64,000 bases of DNA from Macrostomum lignano. Its lineage: Eukaryota. The position numbers and the translations under genes were made by a program. The stretch spans positions 396,558 through 460,557 of the forward strand of contig NIVC01000172.1 of assembly GCA_002269645.1 (NCBI GenBank). Reading direction: 5' to 3'. This document shows positions 59,835 through 64,000 of the stretch, piece after piece (the stretch's first letter is position 1; each line of letters opens with the position of its first letter). The notes under the pieces are model-generated. The model had not been told where the DNA came from. It worked only from the letters and a program-made list of their open reading frames with translations, and ran no database searches.

Positions 59835-62800
59835 ATGACGTCGCGAATGGCGTTTGTCGCTGCGATTGCAGTCACTCTGATGCTAATCAGCTCGGCTCCT
59901 GCACAGTGCACTGCTGAGGAGTTCCTCTGGGGCACGGCAACCTCCGCCTACCAGATCGAGGGTGCCTGGGATGTTGACGGTGAGCGGATATTGCTGCAAA
60001 GTAGCTTTTAACTCGTACTTGACCTAACTTGACTTAGCTGAGGGTGGCCCGAAGGTACAGCAGGGAGCTAGAGGTGAAGGTCACCAATTCTGCCCACTCC
60101 TGTAGGCCAGCAGACAGGTAAAGGTGAGGGGTCGGTCAGGTGGTCCACCAGTCCGTTCTGCAGCGTTATCTTCCATGGGGATGGCTCGGCTTGTTTCCCG
60201 GAGCTGAAACTGGATGAGATGTCGGATGCTGTCTGGCTGACAGACCTCGTCGATGGACGGATTGGGCCCGAGGTACGTAGCGTAGCCGGTCTCTGGTGAA
60301 AAAAGGGCAGTGACAGACAAAGTGCTGAGCCCATTAGTGGGCAGCGTAGCTGGGATCTCGGAAGCGTTTCTTTTTTCACTTCCATTGGAGTTGCCTGATG
60401 CTTAATAATCATTGATATCGAATTTTGAAGTTTCTTTGAGCCAATAACACACCATTCGCAGGCAAAGGAATGAGCATCTGGGACGAGTTTGTCCGTCGAA
60501 ACGGCACCACCATCAAGGACAACAGCACCGCCGACATAGCCTGCAGAAGCTATGAAAAGTACAAAGAGGATGTCCAGCTGCTCAAACAGCTGGGTGTTAA
60601 CAGTTACCGATTCTCGATCTCCTGGCCTCGAGTTCTGCCCAACGGAACCCTGGCGGGTGGCATCAACGAGAAAGGCATTCAATATTACGTAAACCTGGTG
60701 GACGAACTGCTTGCAAACGGAATTCAGCCATTGGCGACTCTCTACCACTGGGACCTGCCGCTGACTCTGCAGAATGAGTTTGAGGCTGGGAGAGCGAGCA
60801 GATCATTCCGCACTTTGTGGACTACGCCGAGCTGATGTTCGAGAGGCTGGGCGACAAGGTGAGCTAGTAGATAGGCGATTAGTTAGCATTTTGGACTGCA
60901 GAGTGATTCATGCCTGTACAACTCAGAGGGTCTTAAAAGAGTACTGTAAGATTAAGAACTTGTCGAAGAAGTCGGTTAATAACATTTTACGACAAATCTA
61001 CGAGTATGTTCGAGTCCTTCAAGTTCATGCATTCGCCTTTACAATTTTGAAGACAACAAAATTGTTGTTTATTGAGAGGTCGAATGTCTCTAACTGAGTA
61101 GCCAATGAAAACAACCAGGTTAGCACGGCAAGGCTCGTACGAGTATTTCTGGCGATACGAGAAACCCCAACTGAAATACAATATAAACGTCGATTCTGAA
61201 TTCAAGCGAAATTTCGAAATGATAAGATATTAACTTTTGCTTAGTTAGCCTTTAGTATTCCAGACCTGTCAAAAAGTTGCCGAGTTGATTAATACCGAAC
61301 TTCGACAAAGTATCTCTAATCAGTTCGGAAATTTCCATACCTCAAGCCCGGCCCTGCAAATTGATAATGGGACAGACCGAATCTTTTGTTAGAGTTGCCA
61401 AGTTACCCCCCTTCAACCTAGAAAAATTGACGAAATAAATTACCTGTTCCATAGTTGCCAGCGCTCAGAAATTTTTTTTATTAGAGGCAGGGGGGTTGTG
61501 TGCACCCTGGCGCACTTTAAGCGACATAGGCACACAACCGGCGAGAGGCATTACTGCCCATTCCGCCGACTCCCCTGAGCAGGCATACAAGCGCGCGGAT
61601 ACGTACGCAGGCACACACTCACACAGGAGTGTACAGCGGCCCTAACTTTATTTTATCGTTAGGCATGTACACTTCACTGCGCCTTGGGGGGTTGGCTCTC
61701 AAGGCCGTTAATTGCACGAGCAAAGCCAAGCCGAGATTCCAATTCAGCCCCAAATTAATGTGACTGCACTTGGAATCGAGCCTGGGTCGCTGGCACACCA
61801 GACAGCTGCGCTACCGCTGGGCTACGCCCCCCCCCCGCGCTCAGAAATCACAGAGGAAGGTCACCTGTGCAGTGAGTATCAGCAGTGACCTGTTTCACAA
61901 GAAAATATTTGTAAAAAATTGAGACTTCAGACACAGACACCAATATTGCGTAGCATGGGTTTTCCCCATTTTTTCTAAATTCCCCAATAAATAGCAATGC
62001 ATTTTGATGAAATGTTTTGGTTCGTACATAGTATACTCGATTGCCTGGATAATCTAGTAGACTACATGTACCCCATTATACACTTTTTATCTAGAGCGCA
62101 ATCTAAAACACAAACTATATTTCTCATAGTTACGGAGATTCTAATTTTGCATCTCCCGACAAGGCAACAAAATCTTTACAAGAAACGACTTCTGCATAGA
62201 AACCAAACTCTTTTCCATTGCATTCCAGGTCAAGTGGTGGCTCACATTCAATGAGCCCTGGGTATTTACCGTGCTTGGTTACGGTCTGGGTGCCCACGCG
62301 CCTGGAACAAAAGACCTTGTGAACACAGTGTACATTGTGTCGCACAATCTCCTGCGCGCCCACGCCAAGGCCTACAGGCTCTACGAGAAAGACTTCAAGC
62401 CCACACAGCAGGGCAAAGTTGGCATCACGCTCAATGGCGCCTACGTCTTGCCGAAGGACCCGTCCAGCGAATTGGACAAGAAAGCCGCTCAGCGCTCGAT
62501 GGATTTCTCGTTTAGCTGGTACTCCGACCCGGTGTACTTCGGCGACTACCCCGAGGAGATGAAGACCCGGATCGGTAACAAGAGTGCGGCAGCCGGCTTG
62601 CCAAAGTCAAGGTACGCTATATGATAAGCGTCCTAAATTCAGTTGTGTCAGGGTTACCAGGCAAAAGTGGCCGAGAATAATTATCGACTAAAACGGCTAC
62701 CGGACATTTTCCCGCCTCTGGCGTTTCCCTGCGTCAATAAAAACAAGCATGAAATGGGTCGCGGAATAACAAAGCGCTTTGTTGGCATCATCATATGTCT

Positions 62801-63006
62801 AAAGTGTCTCCCCTTCTCTCTCCCACTCCCCCTCTTCATTGGCAGCAATGTGGATGTACATGTATCCATTTTATTCAACTAACTTCCGGTGATAGAGAGA
62901 GAGAATACACGCGGACATGGACATAGGGATTCGAGATCGCTCATAATTTCATCCCAAGACCTACAACTACCCTTAATTCCCAACTCCAAAGGGCCCCCCT
63001 CTCTCT

Positions 63007-63038
<32 letters not shown>

Positions 63039-64000
63039 ATTGTGTTTTGTTTATTCCTATATGTCTCTATGGGGGCAATGTCCGAGGGGGGGGGAGGAAA
63101 CGCCGAAGGTGAAACGGTGGAGGGGAAACGTTAGAGGGGAAATGTCTAACACGTTCAGAAAGAAGGCTAGAGAGAGGGAAATATTATTCGTAACTTTGCA
63201 TGGATGATGCATCTTTGACTATCTCCTGGAGGTTTTTATCATACTCTCAATGAATAAACTCCCGTCCCCAGAGGTCAACAGATCACCGCTAAAGCTGGGA
63301 CAGCACAAGTCGAGACTTGAAAATCTCATTACTCATCATCGTTTACCTCCTCAGACTGCCCGAGTTCACAGCGGAAGAGAAAGCCGAGCTGAAAGGCACC
63401 AGCGACTTCTTCGGCCTGAACTATTACACCTCCAGCCTTGCTGAGCACAAAATACTGAGCAACGATGGCGGATACTATGACGATCAGGACATAGTATCCA
63501 CCATGGACCCCAGCTGGCCTGGAAGCGGTAGTCCTTGGCTCAAAGTGACACCATTCGGCATTCGCGAGGGCATCAAGTGGCTCAGCGCGCGGTACGGCAA
63601 CCCGCCTCTTGTGGTCACGGAGAACGGAGTTTCTGACAATGACGGGACCACCAGTGACCAACACCGAATTGACTTCTACAGAGAGTACATCGGAAACGTT
63701 ACGCAAGGTATATTTAAAAGTACATTTAAATAGCTACGTTCTTACGATGAAATTGAAGCTTCTGAATTTTGACAGACAGTTTTTGTGCACAAGTTGGTGT
63801 GAATCACGCATTGAAAAAAATTTCGATGTTTCTGTGTAACTAAATCTTTAACCTGGTCTGACTATAAATTTTAATCATTTTAACCTGCAATCCCCAACGA
63901 ACACTGCAGCCAAGAACGAGTTCAAGTGCAACGTAGTCGGCTACTTCGCCTGGTCCCTCATGGACAACTTCGAATGGGCCGAGGGCTACACGGAGTACTT
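59835..64000 (+). CDS. GH1 beta-glucosidase B (paralog of A; runs off window; 1-bp deletion in exon 2)
   Basis: Exons 59835-59979, 60462-60858 (397 nt vs 398 in A), 62229-62611, 63355-63707, 63910 onward. Same intron positions as A; TFNEP and TENG intact. Confidence 0.9.
61473..61836 (-). mobile_element. tRNA-derived SINE with TSD, in GH1-B intron 2
   Basis: Head GGGGGCGTAGCCCAGCGG (A box) ... GGCTCGATTCC (B box), poly(A) tail, direct repeat gcgctcagaaat at 61461 and 61837. Confidence 0.9.
63010..63038 (+). repeat. (GT)n microsatellite
   Basis: Read directly. Confidence 0.9.

Overview
This is eukaryotic (metazoan) genomic DNA. Minisatellite-filled introns and Q/S/G-rich GC-rich exons suggest a flatworm such as Macrostomum, but that is inference only. 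Bases 1-21572 hold a head-to-tail tandem of a ~14.3-kb Ty3/Gypsy-type LTR retroelement: a 5'-truncated copy and a complete copy share one ~657-bp LTR. The complete copy has an unusual layout. An envelope-like glycoprotein (internal signal peptide, Cys-rich ectodomain, two furin sites around a Thr-rich mucin-like insert, N-glycan sequons, TM anchor) lies BETWEEN gag and the protease. It is probably part of one ~2840-aa Gag-Env-PR-RT-RH-IN polyprotein broken by single-base indels. After integrase come an orphan ~318-aa sense ORF and an antisense 89-aa single-TM Cys-rich ORF. The rest of the window holds two divergently oriented 5-exon GH1 beta-glucosidase paralogs (25261-28808 minus; 59835 to the window end, plus) and a group-I PAK kinase gene (minus) whose introns and flanks carry unrelated 26-31-bp minisatellites. 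It also has a tRNA-derived SINE family, LINE and Tc1 fragments, and a deeply nested cluster of non-autonomous DNA transposons (45-52.7 kb) with clear TIRs and TSDs.
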